Position numbers and translations under genes: made by a program
From: Haplodiscus bocki
Taxonomy: Eukaryota
Reading direction: 5' to 3'
Length of the DNA stretch: 60,652 nucleotides
Assembly: GCA_965655095.1 (NCBI GenBank)
Contig: CBFHFQ010000478.1
Coordinates: 1 to 60,652 of the forward strand
The notes under the pieces: model-generated
Told to the model about the DNA's origin: nothing
Seen by the model: the letters and a program-made list of their open reading frames with translations, nothing else
The model's database searches: none
In this document: one piece after another, positions 13,633 to 26,899 of the stretch
Position numbering within the stretch: the first letter of the stretch is position 1
Layout: each line of letters begins with the position of its first letter

Positions 13633-16600
13633 GGTAAACAATAGGAAAATCCTGCTGGCTTGTTCAGTTAGAATTTTTGTTCCTGTAAAATTAAATCTTG
13701 AAATTGTGCAATTTGAACCGAATATTTCGAGTTGTCCATCAATTTTATATTGCGGCCGTACTGACATCCAATGTCAACCTGTTGTTTGCTTGTGTCCGTT
13801 CTATCGAAACTTTCATCCCTTATCGCTCGTCAGAGTTAGTGCGTGTATTTGCTTTTGCCCTGGGTTGTTGCAACATCCCTTCCAATCTGTGTAGTAAGTA
13901 AAGTATACTTGCTTCGTAATCTCGTAAATTTCGTAAGTCAAGATCAAATAGCAAATAATCAAACTGCACTAATCACTTTGGGTGCTTATCTGAGAATTAC
14001 AATTTCTCGAGTTCTTCTTTTTTTACCGAAAGGTCTCGAGTTTAGTCTCAATTTGACGTTAATTTTTGAATATAAATTAGAGCCTTTTCTAAGGTTTGAG
14101 CGTTGTCTGTAACGCGATAATACTAAATCTAAAACCGATATGGGTCAACGGTTGGGAAGGACTTGTGCAATCATCAAGTATCTTCGTTTAATATCAACAA
14201 TAACACAGCCAGCCTCATGCCAAACGAAATTGAAGCACCCTATCTGAACCGAATCAAGCTTTTGAAGTAATCGACGATAGTTCACTTCTTCAGCATCTAG
14301 CATTGGTACACAGCTGTCAAATAGTGAATTTGAGGTTTTGGTTTCGACGAAGATCAAGGTGAATTTTCATCAAGACCTGTTTTTATTTTCCTTCAAAAGT
14401 AAAGTCTTTCTGAGCTTCTAAAACATAAGGGACATCAGTCTTGAAATGTACAGTATCCCGTTCACTTTTTTTTCGTTTTGACTGTATCAACTTGGAAAAG
14501 TATTCGCCCACTGCACGTTGCCAACTGTCATTTGTTCTGAAACGTTAACGATTAATATCAACATTGTGACAAATTACCAACCTGTTTTGATCGCGGAGGA
14601 TGACAGTCCGTAGAAGTTGCACATTTGGCGTAGAATATTCGAATAATGATTATTTGAAAACCCAAATCGGAAACTGAGAAAACGGTTTTTATGGCACTGT
14701 TCCTACGAATTCGGGACAATTTTTTTGGGATGCAAAAAAAAGAACTCGCCTCGATGTGAGAAAGACTCATATCTTCAAGACAACTTCGTGTTGTTTTTCT
14801 CGGAGTTAACAGTTCCTTTGTTTCAAAGCGAACTAGATATATTTTTGAGTCAGTAATGTAAAGAAAATGCTGACCAAACGCTTTGCTCCATTCGATGTAG
14901 AAAAATTGAATCGAAAGTTGGGGAGGGATTCGTCGAAAGTAGTCTTGAAGATCGGCAAAGTTTTCTCCAAATTGGTCTGCAAGAACTTCGAATTTAGGAA
15001 CAAATTTGTTTTAACATCTTCCAAACACCAAAATTTGGATATCGGTTTTAGTTTAAACGAAAGGAATGAGGTTAAAAAAACTGTGAAATGTCTGTGAAGG
15101 GGTTGTTGGATGAAATAGTAGTGGAAAGTCTGAAAAGCCACTCTATTCCAAGCTTGAAAGCCTACCCAAGTCTTCAGATAAAACTCCTATTTCAATTTTA
15201 CAACTGTTGCCTTCCTAGACTTCAAAAAAAGGTCGTCTCAAGCATGAGTTCAAAGGGAAAGTTTCTCATTTTACTATCTGGCAAGTGCGGTGAAGAAATA
15301 TGATAATTATAAACAGTTGATATAGGAGTTATAGTGTTACCAATACTGAACTTATGTACATTATCAAAGTTACAACAACAAAACAAAAGAGCGAAGAAAT
15401 TGAATAAAAGGATCAAAACAAGAGCATCTTGATAAAAATTTTGAAATGGGAAAACAATCATAAGACAGTCTTACAGTTATTAATTGTCCTAATCTTCCTT
15501 TGTACAGACTGTGTTGTCAACAAACGACAAATTTGGCCAAAGAATCTTTCAACTGAGCAGATTACTACCTGTTTATGCCCGCTTACATCTATGGCTCTTG
15601 GTTTTCAACAAAGACTTCATTCTGTAGGTCAAATCATTAGATCCGGAATTGAATTGCTGAGACCAGTTCTATCTTTTCCTATGTCCAGAAAGGTTGGGAC
15701 TGTCTCAGAGAAAAGAAGTTTCAACTCCGTCAATTGAGAAGAAATGCAAGATTGTCAAAATTAAAGTCCGTTCAAAAGGAGGAGTTTTAAAAACGCCTGC
15801 GTTAGGCTCAGTCACTCTACTTTTTTGTAAAAAGAGTTAAACTTGGTTGCTAAAATTTTTAGTTCACATCTATCAAAAGTTAATATAAGATATAAAATAA
15901 AGTATCACCCGAAAAAGACAACTTGAAAACGAAACGATAAGTAGACACGATATTAAACTCATAGCTACTGGTAAAACGTACTGCTTCACTGGGTTTCAAC
16001 CGTCTCTGCTTGAAGATTTCTAAAGTGCATTGATAAACATCTCGTCCTCTGTTACGCCCTGGTTTGAAAATCTGATGGCGTAGAATTTTGATCCGTTTTC
16101 AAGCCAGAATCGCTGGGTTTGTAAACTAATTTGCGTCCGTTCGTGCGATGGTCATAATAGGAGTAGCACAGGATTGGCCGCGAACATAATGTCAGGTCAA
16201 GCGACGGATCACGTGACTTCAGACTCGTTAGTGTTCATAATGTTTCCATACATATGACGTCGAATGACGTCAGATGTCGTTAATGACACGAGATAGGAAG
16301 AAGCACACGAAGTGAAATACGGGGGTGTCGGTGGTCATGTGGTTGTAATTAAATGCACGAGCACGATGGCAGGCGCACTGGCAACGAGAAATTTTCAAAT
16401 ATAAATAGATATTGTTTCAAATTTAGTTTTTCGGAGTTTTATCCCTTTTATATTTCTGCTGTAGGTCAAAGACGAGAAAAATAGGTTTCTTTTAAAAACT
16501 GCGATGACACCCATGTCGGCGTGAAAACTTTGCAAATCTTTTGAGTGTCAAAAACCTTGTCAACTTTGTCAAATAATTGCTTACTCAACAATCGATAAAC

Positions 16601-16639
16601 AGTTGAATGATCCATGGCAAGACAACCCTGTCGCAACAC

Positions 16640-16845
16640 ATCTGCGAGGCTTGTGGCAGTCGCTCTCGGATCCAAAGGACATACGAGGATCGTCGTCAAC
16701 AAACTAAAAACTCAAGACTGAAAACTTCATAAACAAACAATACACTATTTCCATTATTTGTATTCAAATGATACGTAGTAGCTACGTATCAACCCCATGC
16801 ACATATATGTAATTCATGTAAACGATACGTAGTGGTTACGTATCG
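16640..16845 (+). repeat. Dispersed repeat end with twin hairpins, copy 2
   Basis: Homologous to 2860-3060. Perfect stems TGATACGTAG/CTACGTATCA (16769-16791) and CGATACGTA/TACGTATCG (16823-16845). Confidence 0.8.
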
Positions 16846-16859
16846 CCCAATAAAAATTT

Positions 16860-17973
16860 TACTGTTGGGTCACCGAAGAGAAACGCAATAACTGCGCCAT
16901 TTCCTCTAGAGCGACCAATCTGCAAGCTGATACGCATCGATCTTTTCCAATTTTCTTGGTCTTTTATTTTTTTAAAGCTTGGCTATAGAAAAAGTTGGTT
17001 TAGATTTCCGATCTTTGGATTTTTTGTTGAGCCAGGTGTAAGGAGTTTCTTCTGAGTGTCATTCGACTAACTCGGGGGGGGGGGGTAGACAAATGACACT
17101 ACTTTAGGTTGATGATCATTCTGGGAACAATCCACTTTTGGTTCCTGATTTTCCAAGTCTGTGTTCTGCGATGTTCCCGGGACGGTTCCGAGTTGCATCC
17201 GTATTTGTGGGTTAAAGAAAAAGTCATCTAATTTAATCAGAGCACGCAAAATGCAGCTCTCTGTTCTCATATAATCCTCGGACGATTTTTTAGTAACTCG
17301 GCATTCTATCTCCTCTGATACCTGGATTTTTTAGTACTCGTTACTTCAGGGAACGGACGTTTTTCGTGACTGGCCGTTCCTAGGATGTTCCTCTTGGGTT
17401 TCTCTAGCAACAGCTGCCAACATCCCATCCTCCTATTTCTGAAGGTTGCCATCTTTTAGAGGGTAAAATGCTGATGAGTGGTGAAGATAAGTGAATTATT
17501 TTTCATGTGTCATCAACTTGGGACAATAACAAAAAATGTGACTCTTTAAAATAAACACCTAGTTGCAACAGGTAAAGTTAACTGATGCTATTAACAGTAT
17601 AAATGATCTTCAAAAATAGTATTTTTGTATCTCTTCTTTAACCTTTTCCTTGGCGGGAAAAATAATTGTTTACACGACAAGTCAAGGTACAAATAAGTTA
17701 ATTTACTTCAATCATATTATCCATAAAGGAAAAATGCCGTCTCTGGCGGCAAAAAACAACTTTCCGTCCTCCTGTTCCCTCTTAGGCGGCGAATTTTCTT
17801 CGTATCAAAAATGTACGGGCCTAATCCATCAAAATGGGACATGAAAGTGTTTTTTTTCTCCGCACCGACACAATAAATAAAAATAAAAACAATAGATCAA
17901 AAGGTTTTTTTCAGTTGGAAAACAATTAAAGTAACTCGTCGTTTAATTATGGTATATTAAAAATAGAGGCGAT
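16860..17973 (-). repeat. ~1.1 kb repeat, copy 2 (inverted)
   Basis: Reverse complement of 4833-5941 with scattered substitutions. Confidence 0.9.
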
Positions 17974-18084
17974 GCAAAAGGAAATTTGGCTTATTTAAGA
18001 CAGCGAGTGTCACTCATTACAATATAATTTACATGGTAGGACTATAAAATTGAAATCTAGTCACATAACTTTAATTGGAGCTGT

Positions 18085-18520
18085 CTTTCAAAAGTTGATC
18101 GGACACCGTTGGTAGCTCAACAAAGAAAAGCAATTGAAAAACTTAATACAAACAAAGTGAAGCTATTCTCGATTGATCAATGCAGCTGGTCTTTGTTTTA
18201 GTCGTTTTTTGTCAGCAACTACGTACGTCAAAATAAGAATTTGTTCGGTTTCTGTGTTGACACAAATTGAAAGACACAAAAGTTGAAATGAGACCGTTGG
18301 TAACCCAATAAGGACAAATAACTGACAGTTCAACACAAAAGAATGTGAGGCTGCTCTCTATTGATAGTTCTAGCTAGTTTTTCCTATTAGTCTTTTTTTT
18401 CGTCAACACAACTTATCATTGAGTTTACCTAATGAATGAAAAACACAGAAATTGAATTGACCCCGATGGTACCCTAAAAAAAATAGACAAGTGGAAAGCC
18501 AATAAAATGTATCTGATATC
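18085..18520. repeat. Diverged tandem repeat, ~170-190 bp period, about 2.5 copies
   Basis: The anchor aa(g/a)ttga....ga..ccg(t/a)tggta recurs at ~18090, ~18279 and ~18450 with colinear downstream sequence. Confidence 0.6.
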
Positions 18521-21500
18521 GTTCTGTAACACCACCTAAATAATCATTTTGCTGGTACTGATCAAAACAGTGGCTATCACTTAAAAAGCGAACTCCCAGT
18601 TTTTTGCAAATTGTAACCTTTTTACGGAGAAATGCCAGAAAAAATAGTGCACGACACAGACGTAGGTTTTTCTCTTGATCTAATCGTATTTGATAATTCG
18701 CAGCCTCAGTGTCGAATAGGACGGGATAGCAGAGAAAAAATATTTACGTTTCTCGGCAGAAGTGATTATCAATGACCAAATTGCGCGTCTATGTGTCAGG
18801 AGCGAAAACTTTCTGTTTAAAACCAAACAATTTTTTTTCTCTTGATGTCTGACCAAGCAATATACTTTTTTAAAGCGACACAAAAATCACTTGAAGACCT
18901 TTTTGGAGGGTTCTTTTGTCCTGACAGGTAATGTGCAGAATACAAAATTTCCATTTCCAAACATAGAAAGAGAACGAAAAAACCGTTGGGAACGTCTGCA
19001 ATGCAAAGCGATCTGTCACGTTTTGAAAACTCTCTTTACGGATCAGAAGCCGACAATGACTCAATTAGTGGGTATGGTACACATTGTTTTGCGAAAAAGA
19101 AGTATCTCGACGACGAAAAGGATAAACCGTCTCCTTTTTTAAAGAGACTACTTCCCTGGTTACAATGAGTCATATCCGAACCGGTTCCCAATGCCAAAAG
19201 TGCTAGAGTCATCTCATTCCTTGCGGAATCGTGTCGAGACCTCTTGGGTTGAAGGAATGAGCAAAGATTTTTTTTGTTGCTTTTCGTGCGACTTTAACCT
19301 ACATTCAAGCAGCATGAATTTCTCAGTTTCCAACAACAGTATTTAGTGAGCGCTGGTTTTTGAGCAAAATCTGTGACTCTAAACGTGAGAGATCTCCCCA
19401 AAAATTGACAGTCAGCTCAGAAGAAAATCTTTTTGCGGCGTGGAAATTGCAGGACTCTCTGGACTGTCATCTAGCGAGTGCTACAATAACTCACAATCAG
19501 CAAGGAACTATGCAGATGCAGGACAAAGTCATTTCAAGTGTAGCGGCACATGAGATGGACACAAGCGGATATCAAGCGTCTGATCTAGAAGACATTGAGG
19601 TTTATTGGGAAGCTCTTGACTTGAATACGGATACAGACTCTCGACCAGGCATAGACACTCCATTTTGGACTCTAATTTTCACCGATTTTGAGATAATTCC
19701 TATGATTCAAAACCCGATTGATAAGGAGGACGACAAAGAAGATTCTCTTCTCCTCACTCCATACCAGTCTCTGAAAGACCAATTGAGCCTCCTATGTTGC
19801 TGAGGAGTTGTCCTTCTGGAACGAGAAGAGGAAATGTTCCTGACTATCTTCAGAGAACTTTGTTTATATGATTAGTGTTATAATTCTGTAGAAAATTTTA
19901 AAATACAATTTTTAAAAGTGTTTCATTTTGTCATAACCTTTTTAGAAGAGAATTCAGAATTGTCTGCAACTGCAACATCTATAGTTTTTTTGTTTATCCT
20001 GCTTCTAGAAGCCAGCCTTTGCATACATCACATTCAAACGGAGAAAAAATTGAGACAATTTAGAGACACCAAAAGCGAAAGTATCTATGAAAAAGAGTCC
20101 AAGAAATTTTGTTTGAGCAGTGAAAGCTAACACCTAACTGTCGAGGATTTTGTAGGCTGTTTTTTCAAATTGCGTTTTGGAGGAAAACGTGAAAAGTTTA
20201 TGTAACTGAAAAAAAAAGATTTTAACAATGAAAATAACAAAAAAAGTTGATTTGAAGAAGTGACGCGTCGTAAAGCCGTTGATTGGAAGCTGACACATTG
20301 AAAAAATTTTGTTTCAAAATCTGATTTTGCAAAGAAAACCTTGACTCAGATACATGGTTTTAAGATGTCGAAAAAAATGCAGACTTAGATGTCTTCACCG
20401 GGTAAAATTTTTCAAAAAGTATTGTTTTGACTACAATTTTCTTCCTCATAAAATGACACGCTGTAAAATTTGCCTTCCAAATGTGACGCTTTGTGCAATT
20501 TCCATTATAAAACGTGACTCGTTGTAGAATTTTCCATTCAAAAATTGGTTTTTGTCCTGATTATCATGCTTTGGCTGTATGATAAATTCTGTTGCCAGCA
20601 TCAACAACAGCTTGCTGTTCTGAGAAGAAAGAAAATTTACTGTCTGTGTTAAAATCGGCCATAACAACTACAACTTGAAACGGTAAATCGAAATCCTTCC
20701 CCTATCAAATTTGAAGAGAGACTTCTTTTACGACAGACAATTTTTCACAAAGGTTCTAGACAAAACCCTGTGCAGCATAGGTTATTGCAAATCAGCAGCG
20801 TTTGTCATACAACATCATTCTCAGAACGACAGAGCTTGCTTTTTTTATTGAGGTTCTAATCATAGTTTTCACCGGTTTTGTTCAGTAGCAAGAAAACACA
20901 GAACAACTCAAAGACCTTGACGGGTGAACAGAGTTTGTTTTGGTTGGATTGGATATATAGCGATAGCTAGTGCAGTCTCGGTAGGGAAGAGAACAATGTT
21001 GTGAACCTTTGTTGTAATCACAAAATGTGACAATGGCCAAAATTTGAAACATTTACTTTACATGGAAATATCACGTGACACTGACCAGGAAAAATGCACA
21101 TACAAGCCACAAATAGGAGCTCGAAAATCAATCACTAATTATCAATCTCGAAAAAAAATCACTTTTTCAGCTAACACCGTGCTATCGCGAGAACCACAAC
21201 TTTTGGTTTACAACACTGCTGTGTCTTTAAACAGGCTATCTCGTACCGGTTAACTGGACTTTGGAAAGGGTCAAGACAGTTTTGGGCAATTTTTAGCCCA
21301 AAAAACGATTCCAATTACTCAGGTTCAAAACTCAAAGTTTCGAGAACGTTGTCAGCAAAGGTTTTTGACTCGTATAAAAACTTACAAGGAGAGACAGAAT
21401 TCAATCATTTCCTGAGATTGTAGAATCAACTGGTCATTGCAGCAGAAAATTTTGGCGGAGTGAAAAAAAAGGTCCCCTAAAGATATACCAGCATTGTTCA

Positions 21501-22276
21501 AAGACAAGGTTAAACAACTCGAAGTAGTTCACAGGGTGGTTGACGTTGTGAATCGTCCAATTAGTAAGATATGAGTGACTGCTGCGATAAGATATGGACA
21601 AACCAGTGAAATCTTATGCTCGAGTCCGATTAATTGCAGGGAAGAAGAAAAAAGAGGAATTTCAACAAAGAGTCTTTGTCAATTTTAGACTCGGTCAATT
21701 TAAAAAAACTATTCGACGTATTTTACTCTGCAAATGATAAAATCATTACTAGGAAACCCATTTGTAATGTTCTTTAAAATCTATTTGCAATTTTTACTCT
21801 TCATCGATTTTCTCCATATTCAATTCAGGATGAGTTGGAACATTGGAGGTAATAGAGAACTCAATTCTGAGGTTAAAATCAAAAATAGGACTTTATTAGG
21901 TTGTACTAACAATTCCAAAGAGTTCTCCCTGAACGCTTACACTATTTCATACAACTACCGTACACTGAAGACAGCCATTTCTTACCTGAAATGGAAAATA
22001 TAAGAGGCTAGATAAAAAGTGTTTGTACTTTTCAAGATTGATACAGACAATAAAATTTTGTAGTGTACCGTTACCACACCCGTTTGTACCTCATAGACAA
22101 GGAAAAATGTCTTAATTTGACACAATACCAGAAGCGGTTGACAAACGAGTATATCTTTTGAGTTACTTGACGTATTTCACAAGAGGTGGTTTGTACTGTA
22201 TATTACGAGTACTTATAATTAGAACAACCTTCATCAAAAATAGATGTTTTTTTATGGAGCATTTTCCGATACAACT

Positions 22277-22277
<1 letters not shown>

Positions 22278-22315
<38 letters not shown>
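22278..22315 (+). repeat. (GA)19 microsatellite
   Basis: Perfect dinucleotide run. Confidence 0.97.
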
Positions 22316-22319
<4 letters not shown>

Positions 22320-22679
22320 AATGAAAGCACTGGTGCCCGCAAAAGCTAATTCTGAGTGCATGTCGCTGTTGGGGTTGGTAGAGTCTCTTCACGTGACATG
22401 AACCAAAAAAAATCATTTGGTCATTTGGCGGATTCATTGATTGTGGGGAATGTATTTGGACTTTGTCTTTTGACAATCCAAAGTTTTTAAAATACTTGCC
22501 TTAATACATGACGCTAATGGAGCAGTGCAGTTGCGTACTGGCGAAGGACTTGAATACTGTTAGGGGTAGTGACTGCAGGAGAATCAAATTCATGTTTGCC
22601 TGCTCGCGTGAATGGACTACTTTCTTGACTTTGCTTAAAACATTTTTATTCGTTCCGTTTTCACTTCCGTCTTGTCTTG

Positions 22680-23140
22680 AAGCAGTATGTTTTGTGCCCT
22701 ACTGTATACTGAGTTGAGAGATGAAAGCATTACTAAGGTATTGAGAATCTTTACTGACGAAAATTTTGAGGGTTACCCATTTCGTGCTCCAAAAAAGTAC
22801 CAACCAACAGAACAAGCATTTTGCTGCACAAAAAAAAAGATCGGAGTTGGCTGGAACAGTAGAAATTTGGATTAAGGCGAGCTTCTAAACATTCTGCCCA
22901 AAAATGTGAGCTACGGATAAATTGCAAAAAGAACAAAAAAGGCATTTTTATGGCAGTTTTTTGGACCAACCTGTGGAAATTCAAGGATCACAGTTGCCAC
23001 AAAGTTCATGAAATTCTAGGTCCCAGGTAGTGAAAAACCTGTGGATTTGCTCCGGTTACCTTTTGCTCCGACACAGAAAAACCGGTTCACTGCGGAGTGG
23101 GATTCAAAACTTTTGCTAACTCGACATGGCATTACTTGAA
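22680..23140 (+). pseudogene. DEDD-family exonuclease-like protein (Polinton accessory gene)
   Basis: ITKVLRIF..GYPFRAPK..QAFCCT..IGVGWNS ... NL..F.DHSC matches the IKEL..F.PP..HG..W..G..NLE..GCP pattern of Maverick DEDD proteins. Confidence 0.55.
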
Positions 23141-23509
23141 GTTGTAATGTTTGTATTGTTATGTTTTTTTGTCTGTATCTACGTAATCGAATTTTTTTAA
23201 ATCTTCCTTTCTTCAAACGTTATATATTTACAAACTTCTTCTAGAAGCGAAATGACTGATCAAGAAGATAAAACTAGGCTAGGAAAAGTTTTCTTCGACG
23301 TCCACAATCAAGAGAGGAAATCGTCGGTTTGTCTGGGACAACCTTTTCTCTATATCTCTGGTTGTCTTTCTTCCCAAGTTTGTGCCAATTTGTTGAATAT
23401 ATTTGGTTGCTTTTGGTGAAGTCATCTTTCAAATTTTGTGATGAACCAAATCTAATATTGTTAAGTTTGTGTTGTGCATTAAGGTTCAACTTGGCCTCAT
23501 CGAATATAC

Positions 23510-24130
23510 GAATAAGTTAGTTTCTTTAAGAAAACATGCACCCTTCTATATCATTGGTTAAATCGTTCGATTCTAAAAAATCAATCTTCCACCAATTGGT
23601 TGAAAATTGGAACTTCTCAACTAAAGTTTGACTTAATTTACTTTTTTATCAACACTAGCTGTCATTCTGCGATGACACGCGAAACGACAATGAAAATCTG
23701 AAGTGTTTTCATAACGTACACATTAACTTTGTAGATCCGGTACGAAACAACGGTTCAAAGTACATACTAATCGTTAACAACTCGTGCGAAGATAATTACC
23801 GATCAAAAGTTTTTGTTGATATTGCCACTTCTGCGAGACATCGCAATGGACGCTTCTAAGTAAACTAGATAGGGATATTGACCTAGAAAATTAGACAAAT
23901 TGTTCCTTTCAAATCTACCCATGTTGTGTTGCAAATCAGTATGCTGAGTGCGCAGTTAGCTCTCGAATCAGAAACAACTGATTGGCTGGCATCAAGACGC
24001 AACCTCTGTCCCCTAAGGTCGTTTTTTGTTGACTTGCTGCAACGATCGTTTACGTTACTGTACAAACAGCGGACCTTTTCCATCAAATTTTCAAAACGCC
24101 AAACGATTGAAGCCTTGAAAGACTTACATT
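23510..24130 (+). pseudogene. A32/FtsK-like packaging ATPase
   Basis: Degenerate Walker A region (ISLV...KSI), then IYFFYQH, a Walker B region YILIVNNSCE, and IATSARHRN carrying the arginine finger. Confidence 0.75.
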
Positions 24131-24829
24131 GAGCAGACGAAGTGTCTTTATTCTCCAAGAAGTGTTCTATCCTTTTTCCCGCAAGTGCATTCGTCCTTGC
24201 TTCCAGTCTTGTCTGAAAGAAATTATCCCGTTTCTCTGCGAGTGCATAGTAAAGATGCTCAGAGGAAGCCTGCAAATCCTAAAAGATATCACATAGCGAA
24301 GTTTCACAACGGAGCTCGGTTTTATATCTCAGAAGGGCTACTTGGACGGAGAAAAAGGACTTCTGGCATCACAAGATGGCTTGCAACTAATAAAAGTAAA
24401 AACCCTTTCGGTCTTTAAACATTTGTCTTGATATAGGCATTTTTTTTCCGTCCTGGCAGCGGTTTGCATTAAGATTTCGACTACGCAATCAAATACAATC
24501 AGGAACTATCGAAAGATCAAGTTTAAAAATGTACTCATAAAACTGATTCGCTTACAAAATATACTAACAAAAAAATTAATTGCCAAAGCTGACTCACTAG
24601 TAAATAAAATTTAATGTTGTCCTCGTAAAAATCTTTCAAATTCACAAACATTAGAAATGAATGATATGGAAACTGGAGTGCCTTTGTCAGACATTGCTGA
24701 ACAATCACGTAGTTAGAACGCAAGCGTTTCAGACAACTATCTTACTTCAGTTGACGCTGCTCGTGTATCTCCCACCGTGGTTGCGGATCACAATGCCAAA
24801 ACCGAAGAGAGAGGAGTCTGCGTCCTTTC

Positions 24830-25720
24830 CAAATATTGAACGTCAAAAGCTGAAAAGTCTGTACAATCAAGGTGGCGCTGCCTCTGGGTCTGTGCGCAAT
24901 ACATCGACAACTAGCAAGCTATCATTTTCAAAGGTGAGACAGTTCCTGCATTCAAAACCTACACATACAAAATTTAACCTGGCTAAATGTAAATCCAAGA
25001 GAATGGAAGCTTTCGCTAGATTCAAAAATGAAACTTGCTCCGTGGATCTTGCTTATGTCGAAAAGCTAGCAGAAGATAATAACAGTGTGAAGCACATTCT
25101 AGCTCGTCAAATTTTGTTTGATAGAACCGTAGTTGCAAATGAATGAAAACACAAAACTTGCAAAAAACTGTTAGGGCGTTTTCAACTAGGATGATAAAAA
25201 GAATGGATCAATGATTTTTTCGGTTGACAAGGGCAGAGAATTTGTTGAAGAGGTTTGAAAAATTTGGCAAAGGTGAAGGGATAAATTCTACTCCACACTG
25301 AGTGAAACTACGGCTGCTTTTGATAAAAGGTAGATAACGATCTCCAAGAAAAGAAGGCTTCACTGTTACATGGAAGATTATGGATACGAGTGCTTTCCCA
25401 AAATGACTCAAATTGTCACAAGACTTCATTGTAGAAAAAACTGTTTTTAGACTTGATACGAAAAAATTTCAAGACTACCGTCTTTCGACCACTTTCCACA
25501 GCAAACAGCTAAGACAATAAAAGGAAACCCAAGTTTAAAACTGGAGGCAGTGTCCGCATCGCCAAGTAATATTTGCTCATCAGTAGGGGTTAGAAGCCAC
25601 AGTTCACACAGAAGTTTTTCGCAAGTGTTGTCAGTTTTTCCCGAAAATCACCAACATGAACAAAAAAAGATGGACAGGAAAACATTTTGGGTGGTTTCAT
25701 GTTTTCTCAAGAAAATTTAA
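24830..25720 (+). pseudogene. Retroviral-like (rve) Polinton integrase
   Basis: LKSLYNQGGAASGSVRN..KVRQFLHSKPTHT..VDLAYVEKLAEDN; VDKG.EF; YST.SET; PKFKTG..VRI; PQFTQ.VF. Confidence 0.9.
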
Positions 25721-25729
25721 TTAGCGACG

Positions 25730-26530
25730 GAATCGTTCACAGTAAAGTTGGTTTCTCATGCATCTGGAGATTTTTGTCCAGAGAAAAAACTCAGTTCTTG
25801 TACAGAATTTTGACGAACCAACTGAATCTGGAAGGGCCATGAGAGGTTGAATTTTCAGAAATATCCTACCCATCAATGAAACAAAATGTTACAGTGGAGC
25901 GGCAGAGTTCATGTTTTTTGATTTCAAAAATTTTCAAACTCGTCAGATTTCTTAATCTGAAACCCCGTTTCCACAATTCAATACGGAAATTTTCCTGGTT
26001 TTGAAGAATCTCAATCAGGAGAGGCACAAGCACAACGAAAGTTGAACCCTAGTAAAACAGTTTAGGAGAACGCAAAAAGAAAAAATTTACCACCAATTGG
26101 ATGATCTGGTTTCCATTGTCTGGTACAGAATTTCCACAAAGATTCGAGGGTTATGTTTCCAATGGATTCGGTGCGATGTTGACCGCAAAAAGACCTCACA
26201 AACCAGAATTTGTTAGCGATATTGTTGGCAGACACTCACTCAAGAGTTACAGGGGTCTCCTTGAACAATATTGTTGACGACACAAAGGCTCAATTCTTGC
26301 AACGTTCTCATTGTTTTTCCGAGCCAAAAGCTGGAGGCGTTGTAACTGCTGGACAGTACATGAACTATCAGACCAATATTAAACTTTAACTCAGACTGCT
26401 GCTCAACATTTCTTTTCAAAGATTTCCAATTGACTTAGGAGACAGAAGTCTTGAAAAATGCCCTTTTTATCTGTTGGAATCACTCGTCTTGTTTTGATGT
26501 TTAGAGAATCCCCGAAATTTCCTTTGTACC
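25730..26530 (+). pseudogene. Minor capsid protein (penton-like)
   Basis: FTVKLVSHAS..LNLEGP.EV..EISYPS N-terminal signature; position between the integrase and the major capsid gene. Confidence 0.7.
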
Positions 26531-26549
26531 GAAAAAACCGCCACAAGGT

Positions 26550-26880
26550 GATTGCTTGCAGACGAGTAGAGATTCCAGTCTATAGACAAATTCGACGGCA
26601 GCGTGGAATGGGATTCAGGGTACTTTCACAAGATATTGTGAGACCCGCAAATCCATTTCTGCAATAATAGGTTTTCCCAGCTGCAAAACGTGTCGGTGCT
26701 GATTTCTTTGATTTTACTGCGCCACAAAATGCAGAAAAAATCAGTGGTAGAATAAATTCCATGAGATCTGCAAAAAGTGTGGGAGGAGAAACTCTGAGAA
26801 AAGAGTAGGGTATTCTTAGGCAGTCCGGAGCGCAAGGCAGGCAAGCACAGTCATTCCAACAAAATCTGAACCAGTGGGTC
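26550..26880 (+). pseudogene. Basic core protein (pVII/pX-like)
   Basis: YRQIRRQRGMGF resembles the QRGxG motif of Polinton core proteins; lies immediately upstream of the major capsid gene. Confidence 0.55.
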
Positions 26881-26899
26881 AAAGACAAACAATTCTACA

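Noticed and set aside
19360-19803. 147-aa ORF as a host gene
   Set aside because: Non-ATG start, no recognisable domain, and embedded among repeat fragments.
22278-22315. (GA)n run as the AG-repeat terminus of Polinton A
   Set aside because: No inverted counterpart or target-site duplication; it looks like a microsatellite expansion inside continuous sequence.
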